Source of the DNA: Octopus sinensis
Taxonomy: Eukaryota
NCBI RefSeq assembly: GCF_006345805.1
Contig: NC_043021.1
Coordinates: forward strand, 24,986,001-25,050,000
Length of the DNA: 64,000 bases
Direction of reading: 5' to 3'
Shown here piece after piece: positions 12,097-23,562 of this stretch. Position 1 is the stretch's first letter, and each line of letters opens with the position of its first letter. The notes beneath the pieces are model-generated. The model saw nothing but the letters and a program-made list of their open reading frames with translations, had not been told where the DNA came from and ran no database searches. The translations under genes and the position numbers were made by a program.

Positions 12097-12921
12097 AGAA
12101 GTTGCATTCCAGAAATTTAGATACTTTTTCAGGAGAGACATTAATTTCAAAGAAGTACAAAACTCTAATCTCCTTCAAAGTTGGATCCTCTGACTTCAGG
12201 GCAGTTGTAATGTTGCAGCCATTTTGTGAAGGCTCTGAGGAAGATTCCTTTTAGCTTGGGGATCAACCAAAAGTAATAGGAATTAGGGTCTGGAATCCAG
12301 GGAGGGTGAGGGACAGTTTTGATGCCTATCTCTGTCAAGTGGTTGGTTACCAGGATGGAATTGTGGACTGAGGCATTGTCCTGGTACCGATGCCACTGAC
12401 TTGAGTGGAAAACCTCTGGCTGTTTGCAACAGAATCTCTTTCAAAACCTCCACAAAGTACTCTTATTTTACTGTCAGGTCACATGTAGAGGATGCCCTTG
12501 CTGTCAAAAAAAGGGATCATCACGAGCCTCCCAGTGGACTTTCCTTACGTGACCTCCTCCTCTGCCAGTGAAAAACAGATGCTCAGCTCACACAAGTCAA
12601 TTCCTCAGCAGCCAAGAGCATTTCATAAGTCTCTGCTGCCCAGTTTAACACAGGACTTCATTGCATAGCAAGCTCCCAAATTGCCTTCTGGTCCCACCTG
12701 CAGTCTGAAAACTAATCAGCTGTGACAGGTGGTGTTTGATGTGACAAGATGTGTTCAAAGTGCTGTTATAACAGTCTCCTTCAATATGGAATGCCAAAAG
12801 TTGGTGGCAGGTCAGCTACTTAAATGTATGGCAATGATGTACTAAAATTTCAATAACCTAGGACAGTTATAACTGACCCCTCCCCTCAAAAATTCTCTAA
12901 ACTTCTGGAATGCACCTTGTA
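12097..12921 (-). mobile_element. Internally deleted mariner element with TIRs
   Basis: Inverted termini tgcattccagaa(a/g)tttaga at ~12103 and ~12896-12921. Minus-strand relics PFFDSKGI and FTKWLQHY...GSNFEGD* resemble mariner C-termini. Confidence 0.6.
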
Positions 12922-12989
12922 TCTGCATACATACATATGTATACAAGTGTATGTACATACATACATAAATATATACATATATACATTAT

Positions 12990-13921
12990 TATGGCTGCCC
13001 CCTCGTTATCGAGTATGGCCATTGCACGAAGCTTAACTGTTACTGGTGCTGTGATTGAATGTGACTTTTTAGCCCAGCTAAAGATCTACAATGTCTTGTA
13101 CAAAATTGGCAACTAAAACCTTTACTGGTAATAGCCAGCTGTAGTTGTAACTGGACTTCATGTACCTTTGCATGTCATTTAAGTCCTCCTGCCGAATTAC
13201 ACTCTCTTCCACATGCCTGGCAGATATGATTAGTATGGTGTGTAGCACCACCATCAGGGGCCAGGTTGTCACTCATCTGTCTCATTTTATGACTACGAAG
13301 ATGACTCATGAGTCCAGCTTTACTGAGGCAGGTCTTTACTGAGGCACAGACATTGCATGTCAGAATCAAAGGAAGACCCTTCCCTTCTGGAAGTGTAACA
13401 GCGATGCCCTTCCTGACATCCCTCCTTACTTTCTCATGTGCAACTCGAGATTTCTCAAAAGTGGCTGTCCCCTTGTGCACAATCCTTCTCCACCTGCTAC
13501 GATCAATAGCTATGCCTTCCCATGTGTCAGGAGAGATGCAAGCATCTCTTAAGGATGCCTTCAGCAAGTCCTTATACCTCTTTTTTGGTTTATGTGGAGG
13601 TCGTTCTCCTTTAGCTAACTCTCCATAAAAGAGTTGTTTTGGCATCCTTGAATCCTTCATCCTGACCAGATGACCACTCCATCTGAGCCTTTGCTTTAAC
13701 ACAAGGGCTTCTATACTTTCACACCGAGAGCCTTCCAATATTTCAAGATCACTGATGCGGTCCTTCCACTTAATGCCATAGATCCGTCTGAGACACATCT
13801 GATGGAAATGTTCCAGTTGTTTAAGGTGGTATCGATATGTGACCCACGTCTCGCATACATAGAGAAGAGAAGGGACCACATTATAGGGGAGTATCATTGC
13901 TGTCTGTTGTAGGAAAGGTTT
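12990..13921 (-). mobile_element. RTE-clade LINE 3' fragment with three C2H2-like fingers
   Basis: Open frame CETWVTYRYH...LRWSGHLVRMKDSRMPKQLFYGEL... with one CGA>TGA stop; true stop at 13040-13042. Confidence 0.9.
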
Positions 13922-13930
13922 TATACATAT

Positions 13931-13993
<63 letters not shown>

Positions 13994-14577
13994 AATATAT
14001 ATATATATATAATATATATATATATATATACATATACATACATACTACATACATACATACATACATACATACATACATACATACAAATATAAATACATAC
14101 ATGGTTTAGTGGTTGGGATGCTCGGCTCACAATCATAAGGTTATGAGTTCAATTCCTGGCAAGACACTTTATTTCACCTTGCTTCAGCTCACTCAGCTGG
14201 CAAAACCGAGTAGTACGTGTATTTCAAAGGGCCAGCTTTTTCACACTCTGTGTCACGCTGGATCTCCCTGAGAACTATGTTAAGGGTACACACGTGTCTG
14301 TGGATTGCTCAACCACTTTCATGTTAATTACATGAGCAGGCTGTTCCATTGATCTTATCAGCTGGGACCCTCATCATCGTAATCAATGGAGTGCTCCTTA
14401 TACATACATACATACATACATATATACATACATACATATATACATACATATAAGCATGCATACATGCATGCTTACATACATACACACATACATACTCCAA
14501 TGAAGGAACTTTGGATCTATGTTAGAAACCATTTCTTTCTCTATTGGTAAGAAATCTGAATAATGACATACATACAT

Positions 14578-15078
14578 ACATGGTGGCTGCCCCCTCGTTA
14601 TCGAGTATGGCCATTGCACGAAGCTTAATCAATGTCATTATCATGCAATGCCTGTGCAAGAAGATTTCTTTTGAAGTGAGGAAAGGCTGTAGACTGAGTC
14701 AATCCCACTCACTAAGCAACAGCAGCCATAATCCAAAAAGAACAAGTCAACATCATCGGTAACCACTGAGCCACAGGTTTTATGTCGGAGTTATCCCAGT
14801 TACCTGAGTTACCTTCTCCTAGAAGGATGCCCTAACAAAGGTTAGGAGTCCTTCACTCCCAATGGTTTAACCGCGCGATCGGGTATTCAGTCCGATTATT
14901 TCTATGTCTCCGCACATGATACAGCCTTAACACATTTATTGGATGGCCGTTCACTCCCAAGAGTTCCTCCGCTCTTTGACGGGTTTTGTTTTTCATCCTG
15001 CAGGGTGTCCAATAAACACCGTCCTCACCAAGCAAGCTTGGTGGGGTTGCCAGTGTAGTCGCCGACGACCCAACCATA
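14578..15078 (-). mobile_element. Second copy of the non-autonomous RTE-derived element
   Basis: Colinear reverse-complement match to 6084-6584. Confidence 0.75.
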
Positions 15079-15589
15079 CATACATACACGCATACATGCA
15101 CGCATACATATATGCATACATACATGCATACATACATACATACATACATACATACATACATACATGCATACACACACACACACACATACATACATACATA
15201 CATGGCTTCATCAAGAACATCTCTACCTCTTTGCCCATTTGAAGGATACTTGAGCTTCCACAACCTCCTTTTTCATATTGACTTTTATCTTTGAATCCTT
15301 CTGGTTCTAAGCCTGAAGTTGCTAACCATTAACCTCAGGCCCCTTTCAGTTTCCATCTACCAAATCTCTCCAGAAGGTTTTGATTGGCACAGTGGGACTG
15401 AACCCAAGACCACATGTTTGGGAAGCAAACTTCTTAACCACACAACCACACCCGTGTCAGCCATGGTGATAAGTATTTGTTTAGAAAATTCAATATTTTA
15501 ACAACTTGGAATGTTAAAAAGAAAATAATCCAACTAACTCTCAAATTACAGATAATCTTCCTAAATCCCTGACTGTCTTACAACAGTGA

Positions 15590-16110
15590 TGTGGAGATCA
15601 GCAGATGATCTCAGCTGCATTAGGTGTATGGTGCCTGTATTAGTGACCGGTGGCTAAATAAGCTTTGCTATGGTGTTTACATTGTGCTAACCACCATCTA
15701 ACCATCTGAGGTCCAGAGACTGATGGACAAAGTCTGTTGAATCTCTTGTTTCATCTAGAGGTCAGCACCCAGAAAGCCAAGGGGATGGCAGCCACCAGGG
15801 AACCAAAGCAACACACTTTAAAGGGATCATATTACTCCTTATTGGCAAAGTCAAGTACCTGGGCTCTATTGTTGACCAAACTGGACTTTAGGTAGGAAAT
15901 CAGAGCAATTCTTCAGAGAGAGTGACAGAGAGAGAGAGATCAGGTCTACGGTTGTTCAGTACAATATGGAGTGACTGATGCCCTCAGGAAAAGCATCGAA
16001 ATTTGCAAAGAACCTAGTTTGACCATTTGGATTGTATGGGTGAGGTATTTGGACCCTAAGGATGGTTGACAACAAGACTGAGGGTGTTTGAGATGGTGTG
16101 CAACTGGTGA
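15590..16110 (+). mobile_element. Old degenerate RTE-like RT fragment
   Basis: Residual KVKYLGSIVD and YG*GIWTL...RLRVFEMVC motifs. Confidence 0.5.
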
Positions 16111-16489
16111 GAGATGTGGATCAGTTGGACGGCCCATTGAATAAATGGCTCAGCACACACACACTCATATGTGTGTGTGTATGTGCCAATATACACATGC
16201 TATATACATACACTCATATATACAAAAATGGCTATATATGTAAGTATATATATATATATATACACACACCTATATATGTATGTGTGTGTACATACATGCA
16301 CACACACACATACATACGTACACACATACATACACACACATACACAAATACATACATACATACTTACATACATACACACACATACACACATACATACATA
16401 CATACATACTTACATACACACACACACACATACATACATACACACACAAACATACATACATACTTACATACATACACACACATACACTT

Positions 16490-17583
16490 ACTTTCTAACA
16501 GGCTCGATTTTGCATCTTCTTTTTTGCAAAAAGTTGTCTAATGCCTGCAAATTGTGATAGTCAGTTGGTGCAAGGTCTGAGGAATATGGTGGATGACAGA
16601 GGACTTCCAAGTACAGTTCCTGTAACTTGAGTAGCATTCTTTGTGCAACATGTGGTCAAGCATTGTCTTGCAAGAGAATCAAGAGAATTGGCCTGCCTCT
16701 ATGGACCAATCTCGGTTGTTTAATTGCAAGTTCACTCATCATTTCATCCAATTGGTTGATGTATTTGCTGTAATTGACTTGCCAGGTCTCAAGAAGCTGC
16801 AGTGGATGACATCAGTGCTGGACCACCAAACAGACACCTTTAGCTTTTTTTAGTGAACATTCTTTTCTGGATTGTGTTTGGGCACTTTGTCTCTATCCAA
16901 CCACCGTGCAGAACGCTTGCTATTGTTGAAAAGAACCAATTTTTCATCACACGTAACAATACGATGCAAAAATGGCTTGCTTTTATGCCATGACAGCAAA
17001 GAACAGCAAGTTTCAAGATGACGTGTCATTTGATGTTCATTCAGTTCGTCTGGTACCCACCTGTCCAGCTTCTTTGCTTTGCCGATTTGTTTCAGATGGT
17101 TCAATACAGCTGGAATTGGAACATCAAACCTTGTCGCTAACTCATGCATAGTTTGCGATGTTTCTGCTTCCACTTCAGCTTTCAGCTCATCATTATGCAC
17201 CTTGGTCTACCACAGGACTGATTTTCAAGAGTATATTCACCAGACCAGAACTTCTCAGACCATCAACGTACAATGAGCTCATTTGCCACATCTTCACCAA
17301 ACACCTTGTTGATGTTTCGAGCTGTCTGTGATGCATTGGTTCCATGATGGAACAAATATTCATAAACAACACAAGTTTTTTTTATCTATCTATGAATTCA
17401 CAAAAATTGATTTACAAGCGAAAACTCACAATATAATCAGACACTATGAATTGCATTTTGAAGAGTGATGATGTAACTCTTCAATGTTGTAAAACAAAGA
17501 ACTGTCAGGATAAAATATTACAGTTAACAACCGTCAAACTTGGTGCATAAGAAAATCGGACATTTCATTCTTAAGGACCTGAT
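16490..17583 (-). mobile_element. Mariner (DD34D) transposase pseudogene with 5' TIR
   Basis: WVPDEL, IVTCDEK, QDNA...HPPYSSDLAPTD with 34 residues between the last two catalytic Asp. Mariner-type TIR near 17555-17583. In-frame stops present. Confidence 0.9.
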
Positions 17584-17902
17584 GCTTCCTTCTCCTTAAA
17601 GAGGAGAACAAAAGTTGATTATGGTAAACATTAAAAACTGTAATATTCTGGCCATGTTATCAGGGCCCAGAATTTCAGCCTTCATCCTCAGGGACTGGAT
17701 AAATAGAAAATGGGTTGAAGGGTGTCAAAGGTTAAGATGAAGTGAAAGTGTAAAGAGGTAGATGGGGAGGTCCTTGACATAGCATATAGCTGCTGCACTG
17801 GATCACCATGTACGAGGGCCCACGAGGATAAGAATTATTATTCATTTCTCTATTCCAACATCATAAAATATTCTGACAGCAATGAAACATAGGAGATTCT
17901 AC

Positions 17903-18250
17903 CATCATCATCATCATTTTTTTAACGTCCGCTCTCCATGCTAGCATGGGTTGGATGGTTCAACTGGGGTCTGGGAAGCCAGAAGGCTGCACCAGGCCCA
18001 GTCTGATCTGACAGTGTTTCTACAGCTGGATGCCCTTCCTAATGCCAACCACTCCGTGAGTGTAGTGGGTGCTTTTTACGTGCCAGACGAGGCTGGCAAA
18101 CGGCCACGATCGGATGGTGCTTTTTACATGCCACTGGTACAGAGGCCAGTCAGGGTGGCGCTGGCAATGTTCAGATGGTTCTCTTATGTGCCACCGGCAC
18201 TGGTATCACAGCTACAATTTCCATTGATGTTGATCGATTCTGATTTTGAT
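17903..18250 (-). mobile_element. LINE-3'UTR-derived SINE-like family C (young copy)
   Basis: (GAT)n tail and ggcacgtaaaaagcacc subrepeats. Near-identical to the 53706-54045 and 59413-59743 copies. Confidence 0.85.
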
Positions 18251-19464
18251 TTTCTACCATGATCAAGAAATAGTTAAACTCCAATCTGACAGGAATATAA
18301 ATTCAATTATAGAAATATAATTAGAGAAGTTCTGAAATGACCATTTGCTAGTAAACATCCAGGGCCCCGCATTTGATCATCTTGTCTTTACTTTCCTGTT
18401 AAAGAGGGGCCCATTCTGTGGCAAGGATTTGGACAAGGTCTGCAATTTGTGGGTGATTTTTTCTCTGTTTATGCCACAAATGTCATATGACCTAGAAGGG
18501 ATCATGGGGAGGGCTTCCAATAGAAATATTGCAATGCAAAATTATAAACTGATTTAAGCTCATCCTAGGTAGCAAAAACCATTGACCATAGCCTGTGAGT
18601 TGTCCACCAAATATTCATGGCTATACACTCATATTGCTGATTTTTGTTGTACATCTATCACAATTCAGAATCTGTTGAGTTCCTGGTATCCTAGCAGAGA
18701 TCTAACTGCATCTTTGTACCCCTTTTATAAGTGGCCGAATTCTGGTACAGCCTGAACACTGAAGACCAGTGTATGAGAAAATTACAAGCAATCCATTGTT
18801 TACGTTTGCCAAAGCCAATTAGACAAATTCTTGGATCAAAAAATGATTGTGTTTGTTTATGGCTATAAACACTGCTCTTTTTTTTTCTGGTTATTTTTCA
18901 AATTACCATTCTTAAATGTAATTCTTTTGTTAATTAATTATTTTTTATTTTACAGTTTGTAACGTCAAATCATTTAAGACACAAACTTTATAAACAACAT
19001 TTAAAGAAATTTATCTTTAAGAAAAAAAAATATCAAAATGGGAAGAGAAAATTCAGACAGGTATTGTAAAATAATATTTTTATTAAATGTTATATTTATT
19101 TTTTCACTAATAAATGGAAAAGAAATTTGCTTTGTCTGAAAGAGAGAAGGACACTACATGTATGTATGTGCGTCTTTCTGTCTGTTTTCTCCACTGCCCT
19201 TTGGCAACCGGTGTTGGTTTATTTACGTTCCCATAACTTAGAGGTTCAGCAAAAGAGACCTATAAAATAAGTACCAGATCTTTTTTTTAAATGTATTGAG
19301 ATCGACTCAATCCTTCAAGGTGATGCTCCTACTTGGCCGCAATCCAGGAATTGAAATAAGTAAGAGATAAAAGAAAAAAAAAATTTTTAATAAAAAAAAT
19401 TTAAACTAAAACATAAAAATAGGGGAAAAAGCCTTTGATGCAAAGAAGTTGTCGTCTGGTAAAG

Positions 19465-19620
19465 TGAAGCGAGTGGTCGCCGCCTCTGCAGTGAACCCGA
19501 ACGACAAGAGTCATTGATTGCGTTCAACGACAGAGGCTCGGAGTAAACATGGCGCCTGCCAAACTCTGAGGAATCACTTCTGGCGAAGACAAACGGGAAA
19601 ATATCGAATTTGTACATATT
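19465..19620 (+). promoter_or_regulatory. CpG-rich putative promoter/5' UTR of AKAP10 with YY1-like AACATGGCG motif
   Basis: Non-repetitive CpG-dense patch 160-300 bp upstream of the ATG in an otherwise CpG-poor neighbourhood. AACATGGCG at 19546-19554. TSS not determinable from sequence. Confidence 0.55.
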
Positions 19621-19779
19621 CCACCACTTTTTAAAATTTTATTTTACACCTTTCTATTTGTTTTGCTATAATGGCACAGGACATAAACTTGTTGTTTCTA
19701 AAATACAAGCTCAGGAGGCTGTAAGCCAACACCAACCATTCACACTATTGTTGTTATTATTATTATTATTATTACCAAA

Positions 19780-19804
19780 ATGCCGCTTTTCAAGAGGAAA
19801 TCAG
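19780..19804 (+). CDS. AKAP10: AKAP10 coding exon 1 (MPLFKRKS+G, phase-1 donor)
   Basis: AAAATG start with an in-frame TAA upstream at 19699. Donor CAG|GTAAGA at 19805. Peptide resembles the MSFFRRK segment recalled from vertebrate AKAP10. Phase matches the downstream exons. Lies next to a CpG-rich promoter-like region. Confidence 0.75.
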
Positions 19805-20172
19805 GTAAGATTCCAGTTCCTTGTTCTAACAACACCAAATAGCTTAGTCAGGTTATTCGTTACAGATCGATCTTTCATCTATTCTCATCGCCTCACCTTT
19901 ATTTAATAATTTTCTCGTTCCATTTACCTTATTTATGAAGCTAGATGTTAATTGCAGAAAGCAGAGCGGCTGTGGTCACCGCAGCGAATGTTGGGTGCAT
20001 GGTTATTGTATTATATATCATGAAATGATTGTGCTGTGCTTTCGTCGTCGTCCTTGAAACGATTATCACTGCCGTGTTGCCGAAGACCGTGTCTTTGGAG
20101 TTGCATGTGTCTTAAACGTCAGTGAAATCTCCACCCTCCTCCAAGGGTGACAATCCTATCGAACAACCAGCC

Positions 20173-20198
20173 TTTATTTATACACACACACATATATA

Positions 20199-20255
<57 letters not shown>

Positions 20256-20430
20256 GTGTGTGTATGTGTGTGTGTGTGTATATATGTGTGTGTGTATATA
20301 TATATGTGTATGTATGTATATGTATGTATATATATATATGTATGTGTATGTATGTATGTGTATGTATGTATATGTATGTATATATATATATATGTATGTG
20401 TATGTATGTATGTGTATGTATGTATATGTA

Positions 20431-20463
<33 letters not shown>

Positions 20464-20468
20464 ATATG

Positions 20469-20499
<31 letters not shown>

Positions 20500-21159
20500 G
20501 TATATATGTATGTATGTATATATATATGTATGTATGTATATATGTATGTATGTATATATATATGTATGTATGTATATATATATATATATGTATATGTGTA
20601 TATGTATGTATATATGTATATATATGTATATGTGTATATGTATGTGTATATGTATGTATATATGTATGTGTATATGTATGTATATATGTATATATGTATG
20701 TATATATGTATGTATATATGTATATATATGTATGTGTATATATGTATGTATATATGTATATATGTATGTATATATGTATATATGTATGTATATATGTATA
20801 TATATGTATGTATATATGTATATATATGTATGTATGATATATGTATGTATATATGTATGTATATATGTATGTATATATGTATGTATATATGTATGTATAT
20901 ATGTATGTATATATGTATATATGTATGTATATATGTATGTATATATATATATGTATATATATATATATGTATGTATATATGTATGTATGTATATATGTAT
21001 GTATATATGTATATATATATATGTATGTATATATGTATGTATGTATATATGTATGTATATATGTATGTATATATGTATGTATATATATATGTATGTATAT
21101 ATATATGTATGTATATATGTATGTATATATGTATGTATGTATGTATATATGTATGTATG

Positions 21160-21190
<31 letters not shown>

Positions 21191-21236
21191 ATATGTATGT
21201 ATATATGTATGTATATATATATATATATAATGTATA
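20173..21236. repeat. ~1.06-kb compound (TA)n/(TATG)n/(TATATG)n microsatellite at the start of AKAP10 intron 1
   Basis: Directly visible. Confidence 0.97.
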
Positions 21237-22265
21237 TATCCACTCTCCCGTCCTAGATTCATTATTAAAACCATTGATAAACTCGTACTTATATTCAAGA
21301 GGTGCATGGAAATAATATTCATGTTTTGGACTCGTGGCCTCTTAATTATTTATTTTTCTCTGCTGTCAACTTTGCTGCATGTTGTGTTTCTGTTGTTGTC
21401 AAGGGTTTTCAACAAACCCTCCCCCTTTTGTTCGTACGATACACAACAATCAAGAAATGCTTAAGACGTCTGACCCAAAATCTTTTTTTATGTCCGGTCT
21501 TTTTAACAGGAAACTCACTAAAAATAATGTGGCATGTACAAATATATATATATATATGTGTATATATGTATGTATATGGGTGGAGTGGATTAAGTCGGTT
21601 TCCTAGTTTAACACTATCACCTGGCATGGTGGATACCTTTCGTGGAGTCATTCGGACCAGACCTTCACACTGAGGGTATCATCCTCCCTTCTTCCTCTAA
21701 CAATCCCAAAGGGATTCGTTCCCTCCTTACTGGCCAAAGATTACAAATACATATGAATGTGCGTGTGCGGCGAGCAAACCGAAACTTCGGAGTCACTGTC
21801 AATTCCTTGAAAATGTAGTAAATGCTCTCTCTACTAAAAAGTGGTGCGTGGTCCTTCAGTTGAATGTTAAATTGTTTTCATATATAACTCGGCTTTGAAA
21901 CAAACAAATGTGTGTCTTTGAAGTGGCCACCAATTTTCTAAACAGAAAAGGTGGCAAATAGCTTTTCGGATCGGAAGAATGGGAAAAAGATGGAGTGGAA
22001 ACAAACACAGACCAAAGTGAAATGAATGTGATTCATTATTTATACTGTGGTGCCCTATTATTTTAGTTTATTTAAGAATGTGAAACCTAAATTTGTTCAG
22101 TGATACAATAGTGGTATAATAAGATGGATAAATAATAATTTAGAGTACGAAGTCAAGATTGTGATGGCAGGAGGACAAGGATAATTTTTATTGAGTTTTT
22201 ATTATTATTATTTCAACGTTCTCTATATTCCACACACTGTGTGTATACATACATATACATATATA

Positions 22266-22311
<46 letters not shown>

Positions 22312-22883
22312 GTATGTGTGTGTGTGTGTATTATGTAACTTTAAGTTGTGTTGTTGAGTCAGAAGAAGTGGTGTGTCTCTTCTGCCAGCTTCTAAATGTG
22401 TCTCCGCCCACTCAAGCAGTTTTTTCCTATGAAATGAAACACAAAAATTTCCTTTCATGCACCGACTTCCGTGTTTTTAATTTCTCGATTAAAAACAAAA
22501 CAAAATGTGTAAATAAATACGAAATTCTCTTCCCATAATAACAACTGTTGCTTTGGTCGCCACGGCCAGAAGCACCACCTCCAGGCCAGATTCTCCCTGA
22601 TCGAACCCCAAAATGTATAAATCACTTTACAGTCGTAACTGTCCCGTCGTTTTGTTTTTGTTTGTTTTGGTAGACTCCGGCCAGAAGCGATGTGGCGAGA
22701 GTGCGTACCCCACGGGGTAGGCCAGCAGTTCCCTGACTCCCCTACCCACCGGGCTCCCTATCAAAAATACAGGTTTATACAACTGGCCCAAAAGCGTTGC
22801 CCCAGGTGGATCGCCCCTTCGTCCAGCCCCTACTACAGTTTATTCATGCAGTACCCAGTTGTGTCCTTCCTTGTATGTGTATG

Positions 22884-22948
<65 letters not shown>

Positions 22949-23204
22949 CATATAGGTTACTAATGTACGATCTGAGGCGAATTTTGCTATTATTTCTGAC
23001 GAAGCAGCGAGCGGCCGTGTAAGAGACTTTCTCCATTGTTGTCATCCATAATATTTCTTCTCTGTTTACAGTGCAGAGGGGGCGGGGGCAATGGTAGCTT
23101 CGATTTGTGCCAAATGGAAATCAAAACCAATAACAATTAAAAACAAAATAGGTGAGGCTAATGTCTCGAGAGAAGATATATATATATTCTTAGATAGATA
23201 GATA

Positions 23205-23218
23205 GGTAGGTAGATAGG

Positions 23219-23267
<49 letters not shown>
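23205..23267. repeat. (GATA)n microsatellite
   Basis: Directly visible. Confidence 0.95.
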
Positions 23268-23523
23268 GTAACGGTGCTTCATTGCTTTCGGATCAAAAGG
23301 TTTTCGTTTTAATATTTGCCATTACAACTTCCAATTAATTCTCGAAAAGATAAAAAAAAAGAACAAAAAAAAACCCACCGATCCGTTTAAATCTGGTTAA
23401 TTGACTTTTACCTTTCGACTCTTGGGATTGATAAAATAAATATCTATAATGTTTGGGATCGATACCAAAATTGGCTTGTGCCGAATTTGTATGTATGTAT
23501 GTGTGTGTGTGTGTGTATATATA

Positions 23524-23562
<39 letters not shown>

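Noticed and set aside
18300-18870. Unique-looking stretch upstream of the promoter
   Set aside because: Only a VNGFCYLG-like relic suggesting an old LINE; no sustained ORF or splice pattern.
19387-19617. 76-aa minus-strand ORF at the promoter as a divergent gene
   Set aside because: No recognisable homology, no convincing minus-strand donor, and no downstream exons found in 5.4-19 kb.
20119-21322. Several 370-400-aa ORFs (YI/HT/MYV repeats)
   Set aside because: Microsatellite translation artefacts.
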